Under the pieces are notes generated by a model that worked only from the letters and a program-made list of their open reading frames with translations, had not been told where the DNA came from and ran no database searches. 64,000 nucleotides of DNA. It comes from Polyangiaceae bacterium (GTDB lineage Bacteria; Myxococcota_A; Polyangia; Polyangiales; Polyangiaceae). The first letter of the stretch is position 1. Each line of letters opens with the position of its first letter. Location of the stretch: assembly GCA_044376115.1 (NCBI GenBank), contig JBILLK010000011.1:64001-128000 (forward strand). Reading direction: 5' to 3'. Positions 20,116-29,166 of this stretch are shown one piece after another. A program made the translations under genes and the position numbers.

Positions 20116-20868
20116 TCAGGGCGCAGCGTCTGGCGCAATCCAGATCGTGCGCGCGAGCGGCTTCTGCGCGATCTGTTCGGTGATCTTGACGATCGCCGCG
20201 TTCTCGTCTGGGTCGATGCTCTTCAGCATCTGCCGGAGGGGACCTTCAGCCACCGCAGCGATGCTCATGACATCGAGCTTCCACTTGCCATTCTCGCGTT
20301 CAAAGCGGAAGCCCTGCTTGGGAGGCAACGTCTGGCCGCCCGCGCTCAATCCCAACTGCGCCGTATCCCCATTAATTTCGGAGCTGCCTGGCACGAGCGA
20401 CTGCGCCTCCTTACCAACCATCCCTTCGTTGACGGCATGGACGAAGAGGCCGCGTCCATCCATCTTGCGTAACATGGGTGGGTCGACCTTTGCTCGCAAG
20501 ACCAATACCTGCATACGGTCCAAGAGCGACTGCTTCCGCAGTTCGGCCTCCGGCATCGTCAGCGCCGACTTACGCGACCACTCGAAGTAGGCGATGGTCT
20601 TCTGCGCCGCTAGATCGGCGGCCTGGTCACCCCGCTTCTCTCCGATGGCTCTCTGATAGTCGAGAAAGGTCTGCTTGACCGCGGCTTGGTCCTGCTCGAG
20701 CGAGGGGCGCGGCTGCGAGCTCGGCAAAGCGCTCGGGGCCGCAGACGTCACCTTGCTTGACGATTTGGGCGAGGGCTCGCTCGAGATCACGCGCTCTCTG
20801 CTTTGGGTCCCGTCGCAAGCCAAAAGCAGAACAAGCAGCAGCGTTCCATGCCCAGGGAGTCTTTTCAT
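20116..20868 (-). CDS. Lipoprotein of unknown function (NTF2-like fold possible)
   Basis: LLLAC lipobox; Ser/Pro linker; FERENGKWKLD. Confidence 0.7.
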   Translation of the reverse strand: MKRLPGHGTLLLVLLLACDGTQSRERVISSEPSPKSSSKVTSAAPSALPSSQPRPSLEQDQAAVKQTFLDYQRAIGEKRGDQAADLAAQKTIAYFEWSRKSALTMPEAELRKQSLLDRMQVLVLRAKVDPPMLRKMDGRGLFVHAVNEGMVGKEAQSLVPGSSEINGDTAQLGLSAGGQTLPPKQGFRFERENGKWKLDVMSIAAVAEGPLRQMLKSIDPDENAAIVKITEQIAQKPLARTIWIAPDAAP

Positions 20869-20982
20869 TGCGTAGAAGTTATTCGTTAGGGGGGACGCGC
20901 CGCAACCAAGGTTGAACCTCGGCTAGCCGCGCGCGATTGGACGTGTCACCCTCCTACCAAAATAAATGGCTAGCAATGACTC

Positions 20983-21495
20983 GTGCCAAGTCGAAGGTTC
21001 CATGGCCTGCGGCCATTGTTAGTCGAAGAGGGCCCGAGTCATTCTGTTGCGACCACCGACCAGCCCCGCGTTCCTCGCGTAGTGGTTGACACCAACGTAC
21101 TGGTCTCGGCGCTTTTGGGGCCTGGACGAGTACCCGATCGGCTCTTGGCTCTGCTGAGCGAACGGAAGGTATCCCTCGGCTACGACGCTCGAATACGAGC
21201 TGAGTACGAGGAAGTAACGGCTCGACCAAAGTTCCGTTCGGTGCCGCCTGAGCGGCTCCAGCTGCTCTTGATGAAGCTCGCAAGTCTCGGCAGCGAGCTT
21301 TCGAACGTAGCGCCCTTCGTTGGCGTGCTCTCGGATGAGAGTGATCGCGCCTTCATTGAGGTCGCCATCGCTAGCCAGGCCGATCTGCTCATCACCGGGA
21401 ACGTCAAAGACTTTCCGCTGACCTGTGGTTTCTTGGTTTTGCCGCCCGCGAGCGCGCTGGCCCAGCTTTCGGATGGCTGGCCGTTGGGGCGGTAG
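20983..21495 (+). CDS. PIN-domain ribonuclease (putative TA toxin)
   Basis: RVVVDTNVLVSALL, EYEEV..RPKF, DESDRAFIEVA, ITGNVKDF acidic residues intact; start uncertain. Confidence 0.88.
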   Translation: MPSRRFHGLRPLLVEEGPSHSVATTDQPRVPRVVVDTNVLVSALLGPGRVPDRLLALLSERKVSLGYDARIRAEYEEVTARPKFRSVPPERLQLLLMKLASLGSELSNVAPFVGVLSDESDRAFIEVAIASQADLLITGNVKDFPLTCGFLVLPPASALAQLSDGWPLGR

Positions 21496-21500
21496 CTCTG

Positions 21501-22268
21501 CTACTGCTCTATCACGATCTCGCGTATCAACGTCGCATAGGCCTCTTTCATCGGTAGCTCCATATCGACGAAGAACTCTTTGCGCTCGCTCGTCACGAGT
21601 TCCCCCGTCTTGGGGTTTTGCCCCTCGATCGCAACGTTGCGTAGCCGCACCGCGATGCCACGCTTTTGCCAGTTCGGTATGTCATTGAAGTTCCGTCCGT
21701 GACGAAACAGGAGCTCGTTGCGCTCGGAGACCGATACGCCCTGGAGCGCGAGCGTCGCTTCGTGGTCGCTCCGGCCTTGCTCGCGGAGGAGCCAATAGCA
21801 GTGACCGTTGAGCGCGTTGCGATGCGCGTCCTCGTGTCGCCAGCGAAAGTAGTCCACCACGTCCTCGCTACGCGGGAATTGGCTGATACGCGCGTCAAAT
21901 GCGCCAAGCATACCGAGCTCGAGCGAGAACTTGGCGCTGGCCTCTCCGGCCAATACCGACAGGTACTTACGCAGCTTGCGGCCGAACAAGCTCTCGTTCT
22001 GCCGAAATAGCAACGAGAGCTCGTCGCTCTGCGTGTACCCATAGAGCACGGAGAAGCCGCAGTCCTTCGCCAGGTATTGCAGCGTCGCCACCATACAGTC
22101 CCGGAAGCGGGCATCGTATGGCGCTTCAAACGCGTTGCTGCCGCGGGTCAGGCGCGAAAAGGAGCGCCCATCGATCCTCGCCACCATATGCATCCCGGGC
22201 AATACGCAATGGTCATGCGCGGTCTCGTAGACGCGCATTCGCCGGTCAAGATGTTCAAAGCTGCTCAC
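21501..22268 (-). CDS. thg1: tRNA(His) guanylyltransferase Thg1-like protein (3'-5' nucleotidyltransferase)
   Basis: RMRVYE, ARIDGRSFSRLT, YTQSDELSL, FDAR, YFRWRHEDAHRNALN, NFNDIPNWQKRG. Confidence 0.93.
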   Translation of the reverse strand: MSSFEHLDRRMRVYETAHDHCVLPGMHMVARIDGRSFSRLTRGSNAFEAPYDARFRDCMVATLQYLAKDCGFSVLYGYTQSDELSLLFRQNESLFGRKLRKYLSVLAGEASAKFSLELGMLGAFDARISQFPRSEDVVDYFRWRHEDAHRNALNGHCYWLLREQGRSDHEATLALQGVSVSERNELLFRHGRNFNDIPNWQKRGIAVRLRNVAIEGQNPKTGELVTSERKEFFVDMELPMKEAYATLIREIVIEQ

Positions 22269-22389
22269 GTGGCTCTAGGTTAACAAGTTCCACTGACGCT
22301 TGCTGGCTTGGCGCACCCAAGCCCAGGCCAGCGGGCCGCGTGCTATCTACGACATCCGCCTTGAGCTGAAGTTGTGATACCTCCGGACC

Positions 22390-23007
22390 ATGGGACGAGA
22401 TGTCGAACTCGAGTGCTTGTGCGGTGCTGTCCACGGTTTGGCTCGTGATGTGTCTTCAAAGACAGCCAATCGCGTGATTTGCCTGTGTGGGGATTGCCAA
22501 ACCTTCGCGCACTATCTAGGGCGCGCCGACTTGCTCGATCGTGACGGTGGTTCGGACGTCATCCAGCTCGCGCCCAGCTCAATCACGTTCGACCGCGGGA
22601 CCGAGAAGATCGCTTGCGTTCGACTCGGTCCGAAGGGGCCTTATCGCTGGTACGCGAGCTGCTGCAAAACGCCGCTGGGCAACACGGTCAAACCGTCGCT
22701 GCCATTCGTAGGCATCCTGCCCGAGCTCTTCCGTGAGGCCCGCGACCCCGAGCGGCGAGACGAACTGTTTGGGCCACCGCGGGCCCGTATCAACGGTAAG
22801 AGCGCTATCGGGACTCCGCCGCCCGGGTCGACCGACCGCAACCTAGGCTTCTTGATGCACACGGTGTTTACGATCCTCGGTTGGAAGCTCCGCGGACGTG
22901 CCTTTCCCCATCCCTATTTCGATCGCGCGAGCGAGCCGCTCTATCCAGTGAAGATCCTCACGCGAGAAGAACGCGAGCAGGCTCGGTCAAAGCGCGGTAC
23001 TACGTAG
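22390..23007 (+). CDS. DUF6151 / GFA-like Zn-binding protein
   Basis: CLCGAV, CLCGDCQ, RWYASCCKTPLGNT. Confidence 0.8.
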   Translation: MGRDVELECLCGAVHGLARDVSSKTANRVICLCGDCQTFAHYLGRADLLDRDGGSDVIQLAPSSITFDRGTEKIACVRLGPKGPYRWYASCCKTPLGNTVKPSLPFVGILPELFREARDPERRDELFGPPRARINGKSAIGTPPPGSTDRNLGFLMHTVFTILGWKLRGRAFPHPYFDRASEPLYPVKILTREEREQARSKRGTT

Positions 23008-23112
23008 TCTACTCGCTGCGTCGTCTCAAGCGCGCAGCCATCGCAGGCAACCTAGCCGTTTGGGTTCACGTTTGCGAGCGTGCCCCCGCGCCGCCAGGAA
23101 CTACATAAACGG

Positions 23113-23988
23113 TTAGCGCTGGCAGATAGGACAATAGCAGCTCGACCGAGTTGCGATGACGATGCGCTTGATGCGCGCTCCGCACTCCTTGCAGTCTTCG
23201 CCCTCGCGGCCATACACACGACGCTCGTCCTGGTAGCCGCCATCCTTCCCATCGGGGCGAAGGTAGTCGCTGATGCTGGAGCCGCCCGTCTCGATGCTGC
23301 GTGTCAGCACTTGGCGAACTCCGATCGCGATGGCGTCCCATTCTGCTCGCGTAACCTTGTGCGCTGCTCGCGCTGGGCGCACTCGCGCGATGGAGAGCGC
23401 CTCATCTGCGTAGATATTGCCGACCCCGGCCAAGACCCCTTGGTCCAAGAGCAGGGCTTTGACCGGTGTTTTCCGTTTGGAGCCGGCCTGACGCAGGGTC
23501 TGCCCATCGATCGAAAGCGCGTCGGGACCTAGCTTCTCAAGCCGAGGATCGGTTTCATCCACCCCGAGCAGGCGCACCTTTCCGAACTTGCGTACGTCCC
23601 GAAAGAACACCGACGGGCCTCGGTCCTCGAAATGAAAGCACAGGTGGGTATGCACATCAGGCTCGAACACGCTTTGTGCTTCGGGTGTAAGCGTGGCCCG
23701 CGCGGTCGCTGAGAGCAGTCTGGGACTCAGGGCGTTGCTCGAGAACAACTGGCCCGTCATCCCCAGGTGCAACAGCAGGCGTTGCTGGCTATCGAGCGTT
23801 CCCAAGAGGTACTTCCCAACCCTCGCCAGGCTGTGAATCGTCCGGCCGAGCAGGGCCTGCCGCAGCGTGGTCGGTGGAGTGAGGAAGAAGTAGCTTGGCT
23901 TGCTGACCACGACCTCACGCAGCGGGCGTCCGCAAAGCAGCGGCTCAATCACTCTGCGCGTCACTTCGACCTCGGGCAGCTCCGGCAT
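23113..23988 (-). CDS. mutM: Formamidopyrimidine-DNA glycosylase
   Basis: MPELPEVE, RVGKYL, HLGMTG, DVRKFG, AGVGNIYADE, C-terminal CKEC...CPICQ zinc finger. Confidence 0.97.
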   Translation of the reverse strand: MPELPEVEVTRRVIEPLLCGRPLREVVVSKPSYFFLTPPTTLRQALLGRTIHSLARVGKYLLGTLDSQQRLLLHLGMTGQLFSSNALSPRLLSATARATLTPEAQSVFEPDVHTHLCFHFEDRGPSVFFRDVRKFGKVRLLGVDETDPRLEKLGPDALSIDGQTLRQAGSKRKTPVKALLLDQGVLAGVGNIYADEALSIARVRPARAAHKVTRAEWDAIAIGVRQVLTRSIETGGSSISDYLRPDGKDGGYQDERRVYGREGEDCKECGARIKRIVIATRSSCYCPICQR

Positions 23989-24135
23989 CCGATCAAGCTG
24001 CCTCTGCTTGGCCGCGATGGCCACTGTTTCGGTAGCTTCGGACGCGAGATCGATGGGGTCAGCCTTTTCGGCGCTTGAGTAGTCGCTCGCGTTGTTTGTC
24101 TGTCAGGCTATCGCTGTGCAACGTCGTCAGTCGGG

Positions 24136-26280
24136 TCAGCGACGAAACCACCAGGTCGGCGCATAGAGCCCACTCGCATTGTACAGTGTAAGTCTCGAGA
24201 GCGTGTTGTCTGGGCTCCGCTGCAGTTCAACGCTCGATTGTGTGAACGTCAGCGTAACCTTCCTCACCGAGCTGTTTTCAAGCACGTTAACCAGCTCTCG
24301 CCATCGGGCAGGTTGGGCCTCGCTCAGGGAGCCGTTTATAGGCCCGCTGGGGAGGCACTCGAGCTTTAGCTGCAAGAGCTTTGGCGCGCGCACGAGAAAG
24401 CGGTGCAGGTCCTCCAACTGGGCTGGTAACGTTAGATGCGCCTCTTGAAGCTCGCTGGCTTCAATCGCGCTAAGTGGCATACGCAAACGCTCTAGCTTTG
24501 TGAACTTTATCCCGCCTAGATGTTCCGCCCCTAGTCGATAGTCCGTTGCAGCTTCGAGAACGCACAGCCGCGGTAGAAGCCGCAAGAAGTCCTGAGAAAA
24601 GCTTGTTTCATACGGCGTATGAAGTTTGAGGGACGTCAGCTTGGAGAGACCATCGAGCGATGGAAACGGTTGTGGGCACGAGCGCATGACCCAGAGCTCC
24701 AGCCGAGTGATGGAGCTTAGCGCGTGCAGCGCCCCAGACGAGAACTCGTCGATCATGAGCACCGCCTCCTCCAAAACATCGAGCGCCATCAGCGTTGGCA
24801 AGCGGGGGACTACCAACGACAGGCTCTTCAGCTGCCTTGGGAGCGACAAGGCTGGGATAGGCTTTGTCACGTGGAGCTTCAGCACGCGCAGCTCCGTGAG
24901 CGCCCCCCAATCAATCGTGGGTAGTTCGCCCGAGACGCGTAGCTCCAAGCTGCGCAGCCTCGCGGGCAGAGCCAATGGGAAGGCTCCTCCGTCCAGCTCG
25001 AGTCGAAGGGTCTCGAGCTTGCGCAAGGGTGAGAAGCAGTCCGGCGGCAAACGCTGAGCCTGTAGCTCCAGCCGCGTGAGATCGGGAAGAGCCGCCCATT
25101 GGGCCGCTGTGGGGCCAACCGCGGCGTGCAGCTCCAGCTCTGTCCATGGTCGAGGAGAAGTCGCTAGCGCTGCGAGGCACTTCTGCGGAAGTCCCCGAAG
25201 CCTTCGCACCGACCCGGCCGAGGGTTGATTCAAGAACGCAACGAGATCGTTGGGAGGCGGCTTGTGGCAATCCACGACTGTATGCAGCGTTGCGCAGGCA
25301 GCCTCGTTCAGGAGCGGCTTGATGTTCTTGAACAACGCGATCTGTGCTGGGAAGCCGCGATCGAACTGGCAAGTCCCGGCGTTCGAGAGAGGTTGCGCCC
25401 ACGCAGCTAGTCGATTGGGCAGGCAGAGTACACCCAGGCGGTTCCGCTCTTCGGTATCCTCTTCGACGTCCTCCCCGGCGGGATTGAGCCCACCTGCTGC
25501 CTGCGCAAGCTGTAGCGTAATGAGCTCGCCGCGTTCGTCCCCTTGCGCGAGCAAGAGGGCCGCCAGAGCAAAGCGAGCCGCATCCGATTGGGGGTTTGCG
25601 TAGACCGCGGCGAAGGCCGCTTCTCGGGCGCCTGGTTGAGTCTGCGGCGCCTTGGGGTGAGGCAGCTCGGCCAGGTTCAACTGGCGCTCCAAGCGCTCCA
25701 CTCGGGCCAATTGCTCGGCGTCGAGGTGAGCCGCTACTGTGCTATAGAACTGCTGTGCGATAGCTCGGAGCTCATTGGCGATGTAGCCGCCCGTGCTCGA
25801 GTTAACGATACTAAGGTAGCGGTCCGCGAGCGCGCTTATCCGCTTTGCCTGATCCCGGGCTCTCGAGTCTCGCAGCGCCTCCAGAATCGAGTCGATCAGC
25901 GGGCGCGAGGAAAGCCCGGCGTACGGCGGGTCCTCCAGCAGCTCGACGAGGCTGGCAGCCAATCGCGGATCCTCACGCCCCACGAGGGTCTCGAGCTTAC
26001 GTGTCACTTCCGCCTGCGTTCCCGCGCGAAGTGCGGCGGCTAGCCTCGGAAAATCGAGCGGATCATTCAGCGCCGCGACAGCCCACCAGGCCTCGAGGTC
26101 CTGCTTGCGCCTGCCCATGCGAAGCTGCTCCCGTAGCGGCTCTGCCGCCGTGAGCTGTTGCGCTACCGTTGCGTACAGCCGGGCTACACGCTCATGCCGA
26201 CTTATCCTCCAATCCTCGGCTAGCAACGCGAGCAGGGCTCGGGACATAGGTAAGGGCTGGGTATCGTCACTCGAAGTCAC
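24136..26280 (-). CDS. TIGR02996-like repeat-companion domain protein with leucine-rich repeats
   Basis: FAAVYANPQSDAARFALAALLLAQGDERGELITLQL; FDRGFP; LRR units LPDLTRLEL, LRKLETLRL, LRSLEL, LTELRVLKL, LSKLTSLKL. The C-terminus may extend to 24059 via a frameshift. Confidence 0.8.
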   Translation of the reverse strand: MTSSDDTQPLPMSRALLALLAEDWRISRHERVARLYATVAQQLTAAEPLREQLRMGRRKQDLEAWWAVAALNDPLDFPRLAAALRAGTQAEVTRKLETLVGREDPRLAASLVELLEDPPYAGLSSRPLIDSILEALRDSRARDQAKRISALADRYLSIVNSSTGGYIANELRAIAQQFYSTVAAHLDAEQLARVERLERQLNLAELPHPKAPQTQPGAREAAFAAVYANPQSDAARFALAALLLAQGDERGELITLQLAQAAGGLNPAGEDVEEDTEERNRLGVLCLPNRLAAWAQPLSNAGTCQFDRGFPAQIALFKNIKPLLNEAACATLHTVVDCHKPPPNDLVAFLNQPSAGSVRRLRGLPQKCLAALATSPRPWTELELHAAVGPTAAQWAALPDLTRLELQAQRLPPDCFSPLRKLETLRLELDGGAFPLALPARLRSLELRVSGELPTIDWGALTELRVLKLHVTKPIPALSLPRQLKSLSLVVPRLPTLMALDVLEEAVLMIDEFSSGALHALSSITRLELWVMRSCPQPFPSLDGLSKLTSLKLHTPYETSFSQDFLRLLPRLCVLEAATDYRLGAEHLGGIKFTKLERLRMPLSAIEASELQEAHLTLPAQLEDLHRFLVRAPKLLQLKLECLPSGPINGSLSEAQPARWRELVNVLENSSVRKVTLTFTQSSVELQRSPDNTLSRLTLYNASGLYAPTWWFRR
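25109..25152. repeat. 44-bp exact direct repeat, copy 1
   Basis: GTGGGGCCAACCGCGGCGTGCAGCTCCAGCTCTGTCCATGGTCG, identical to 30239-30282. Confidence 0.95.
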
Positions 26281-26295
26281 CGCGGACTCCCTGCT

Positions 26296-26907
26296 TTACG
26301 GTGTGCTGCTCGCGCTGGGCACGGCGCTCGCGCTGGGAGCGGCGCTGGGCGTTGCGCTCGCGCTAGGTCCTGCGGCGGGCTCAACCTTGGTCAAGCTGCC
26401 GTCAGCGTTGGGTGGCCAAAGGTAGAGAGTCGCTTCGCCGGTGGAACGGTCTACCAGCCGAGCGCGATTGCAGCGCTCATGGTCTGCAAGCCGTACGAAC
26501 ATCTTGGTGTTGACGCGAAAGGTCGGTCGCTTGCGGCCCTTCTCATCGCGTCCACGTGGGCCATCCCCGTTCAACGGAACGTCGAAGCGGTGCCGATCCA
26601 GCAGCTGGTCGTCATCCAAGAGCTCGACCGCAAAACGACCCATCACACGTGGCGTCGCCGTGGCCTGCTTCAAGGTGACCTCCGTCACTTCGCGCAACGC
26701 TGGAACGCTGTCCTTCACGATGATGGTAAACACCCACTGTTTGGTCGTCGCGACCGGCGTCGGATCCGGCGCGAACTCTGGCTTGCTGGTCGAGCTCGAC
26801 GCTGAGGCGGCTGCTGTCGAGTACGCGGCTGGCGGGGCCACCAACATGATGAGCGGAAGTGCTCCCACCGACAGACCCAGCGCTATTGCAGCCCTGAAGC
26901 TTTGCAT
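26296..26907 (-). CDS. Hypothetical exported protein
   Basis: From ATG 26907: signal-like MQSFRAAIALGLSVGALPLIMLV, Ser/Ala linker, globular core PRVMGRFAVEL...RFDVPL, Ser/Ala/Pro tail. Confidence 0.6.
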   Translation of the reverse strand: MQSFRAAIALGLSVGALPLIMLVAPPAAYSTAAASASSSTSKPEFAPDPTPVATTKQWVFTIIVKDSVPALREVTEVTLKQATATPRVMGRFAVELLDDDQLLDRHRFDVPLNGDGPRGRDEKGRKRPTFRVNTKMFVRLADHERCNRARLVDRSTGEATLYLWPPNADGSLTKVEPAAGPSASATPSAAPSASAVPSASSTP

Positions 26908-27025
26908 GACGGCCCGTCTTCCCACGCTTTGGTCGCCCCGTCGAGTCTGGAGGCTCGGTCGCCTCGGGGAAGGTGGGGCGCCGATTGGCGATGCGCTCGG
27001 AGCGCCCTGCGGGCAGAATGCCGGC

Positions 27026-28030
27026 GTGACGCCTGACGTTCTCGAGCAAACCTTGCTTCGCGTAGTAGACGCTTCGCTGCGGCTGAGTGTCATGATTTGG
27101 GGCCCCCCAGGCGTAGGCAAATCGAGCGTGGTGCGCGAGGTCGCGGAGCAACGCAAGTTGCCGTTCGTTGACCTGCGCATAAGCCAACTTGCTCCAACGG
27201 ACTTGCGAGGATTGCCCGTCCCTGATGGCAGCGTCGCGCGTTGGCTCCCTCCTGACTTCCTCCCCCGGAGCGGCAAAGGGGTGCTGTTTCTCGATGAGAT
27301 CAACCTCGCTCCTCCCGCCGTCCAGGCGATTGCGCAGCAGCTGGTGCTCGACCGTCGAGTCGGCTCCTACTGTCTGCCGGAGGACTGGTTCGTCTGGGCT
27401 GCCGGCAATCGCCGCGAAGACCGCGCCGCGGTATTCGATATGCCGGCTCCATTGGCAAACCGTTTTCTGCACTTCAGCGTGGAGCCAAACCTAGAGAGCT
27501 TCCTTAGGTATGCAGCTCGGCGTGAGCTGCCAGAGTTGCTGCTTGGTTTCTTGGCGTTTCGGCCAGCGCTGCTCCATAAGTTGGATCCAAGTTCTCCTGC
27601 TTGGCCCTCGCCGAGAAGTTGGGAGATGGCAGGAAGGCTATTGCGCTCAGACTTGCCCCTGGGCGCTGCCATTGGAGACCCTGCGGCGGACGAGGTAGCT
27701 GCCTATTCGCGCGTCGTTCACAGCCTTCCGGATGTGGTCACGATCTTGAATGGAGCCGGGAGCGGGCTCGCCTTCCCGCAAGAGCCGTCTCAGCGGTATG
27801 CCATGACGTTTGCCCTGGCCGGTCGCCCCGAGACAGTCGCGCAGGCCGTCAATGCATTTGTCTGGCTATGCGAGCGCTCCGAGGCTGAATGGGGACGCCT
27901 CTTTGCTGGTCAAGTGCTGGAGCGAATGCGCCTTAAAAAACTCGAGGCGAAGTTCATCCAAGCGGCGGTGAAGCAACCTGCGTTGGTACGCTTCCTGGGA
28001 GAGTACCGTGAGCTCGTCCGAGCAGACTGA
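27026..28030 (+). CDS. MoxR-like AAA+ ATPase
   Basis: Walker A WGPPGVGKS, DLRGLP, Walker B LFLDE, AAGN, PLANRF, PSPRSWE; start probably GTG 27026. Confidence 0.92.
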   Translation: MTPDVLEQTLLRVVDASLRLSVMIWGPPGVGKSSVVREVAEQRKLPFVDLRISQLAPTDLRGLPVPDGSVARWLPPDFLPRSGKGVLFLDEINLAPPAVQAIAQQLVLDRRVGSYCLPEDWFVWAAGNRREDRAAVFDMPAPLANRFLHFSVEPNLESFLRYAARRELPELLLGFLAFRPALLHKLDPSSPAWPSPRSWEMAGRLLRSDLPLGAAIGDPAADEVAAYSRVVHSLPDVVTILNGAGSGLAFPQEPSQRYAMTFALAGRPETVAQAVNAFVWLCERSEAEWGRLFAGQVLERMRLKKLEAKFIQAAVKQPALVRFLGEYRELVRAD

Positions 28031-29120
28031 GGCCGCTATGCGCAAGGCGCGTGGCGCACTGCTCGAGCTCGCCGTGCACTCGCCCTTCTTCGGTACGTTG
28101 GCTCTTTTTGCGGGGTTGGTGGCCGCGCCCGAGCGGACACAGACCGCCGCAACCGACGGAAGAACCATCTTCTATTGCCCGGAGTACGTGAACCAGCTCT
28201 CTCGGAAGCAGCTGCGTGGGCTGCTGCTGCATGAAGTTCTTCACGCGGCGCTCCTTCACCCTAGCCGACGTGGTCTACGTGAGCCGCTGCGGTGGAACCT
28301 CGCTGCGGACATCGTCACCAACGGAATCGTACGAGCGCTCAATTGGGCTGAACTCCCCCAAGGCGCCATCATCGAAGCCGCGCTGGAGACCTTTAGCGTT
28401 GAGGAGGTCTACGAGCTCGTCGCGGTTACGCCGCAAACCAAGGCCCTCCTCAATCCGGACCTATTGGAGTCCGAGGGCCCACAAGTGAATGCGTCACGGG
28501 CCGAAACTGAAGCCTATTGGCGTCAGGCACGCGCGCAGGCGGAGGTGCTCAGCGCGCACGGCTCAAAGCCAGTAGGTCTCGTGCGTGAGCTGGGGAAGCT
28601 CGCAGATGCAAAGGTTGATTGGCGCACCGAGCTTTGGCGATTTGCTGCAAAGACCCCAGACGACTTTGCTGACTTTGACCGCCGCTTCATTCACCGGGGC
28701 TTGTACCTTGAGTCGCTGGCCGCCGAGACGCTGGAGCTGCGCTTGGCGCTCGATACCAGCGGCTCGATATCCATTCCGCTCCTTCACAGCTTTGTTAGTG
28801 AGGTGCGAGCAATTCTTGGCCTCTACCCGCGCGTTCGTGGAGAACTCTACTTTGCCGACGCTGCGCTCTACGGCCCGTATGATCTCGAGCAGCCGATCCC
28901 AACTGCGTTGGGTCGCGGCGGTACTTCCTTTGTGCCCTTCTTCGAGGCGATTGAGCGCGATAGCTCATTAGGCGCCAGTCGGGTAGCCATCTATCTAACG
29001 GACGGCTTTGGCGAGTTCCCGCGCTTCGTACCCACGCTCCCGGTGCTTTGGGCTGTCGCTCCGGGAGGCGCAAGGGATGAAACCTTTCCCTTCGGTCGCG
29101 TGATTCGAATGGTCGACTAG
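28008..29120 (+). CDS. DUF2201-type HEXXH metallopeptidase-like domain fused to vWA-like domain
   Basis: TAATDG, HEVLH, WNLAADIVTN; vWA: LDTSGSI, GRGGTSF, YLTDG; overlaps the ATPase 3' end. Confidence 0.9.
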   Translation: MSSSEQTEAAMRKARGALLELAVHSPFFGTLALFAGLVAAPERTQTAATDGRTIFYCPEYVNQLSRKQLRGLLLHEVLHAALLHPSRRGLREPLRWNLAADIVTNGIVRALNWAELPQGAIIEAALETFSVEEVYELVAVTPQTKALLNPDLLESEGPQVNASRAETEAYWRQARAQAEVLSAHGSKPVGLVRELGKLADAKVDWRTELWRFAAKTPDDFADFDRRFIHRGLYLESLAAETLELRLALDTSGSISIPLLHSFVSEVRAILGLYPRVRGELYFADAALYGPYDLEQPIPTALGRGGTSFVPFFEAIERDSSLGASRVAIYLTDGFGEFPRFVPTLPVLWAVAPGGARDETFPFGRVIRMVD

Positions 29121-29166
29121 TCCTACCGGAGGTCGGACCATCGACAAGAGGGGGCCGAACTCTCCC

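Noticed and set aside
20960..21090. Short 37-codon ORF (MTRAKSKVPW...) upstream of and overlapping the PIN gene as a possible antitoxin
   Set aside because: No RHH, AbrB or Phd features and it overlaps the PIN core; unsupported.
26441..27303. Long N-terminal extensions of the MoxR ORF (from 26441) and the opposite ORF (from 27303)
   Set aside because: They are mutual antisense read-throughs; the recognisable domains start at about 27026 (+) and 26907 (-).
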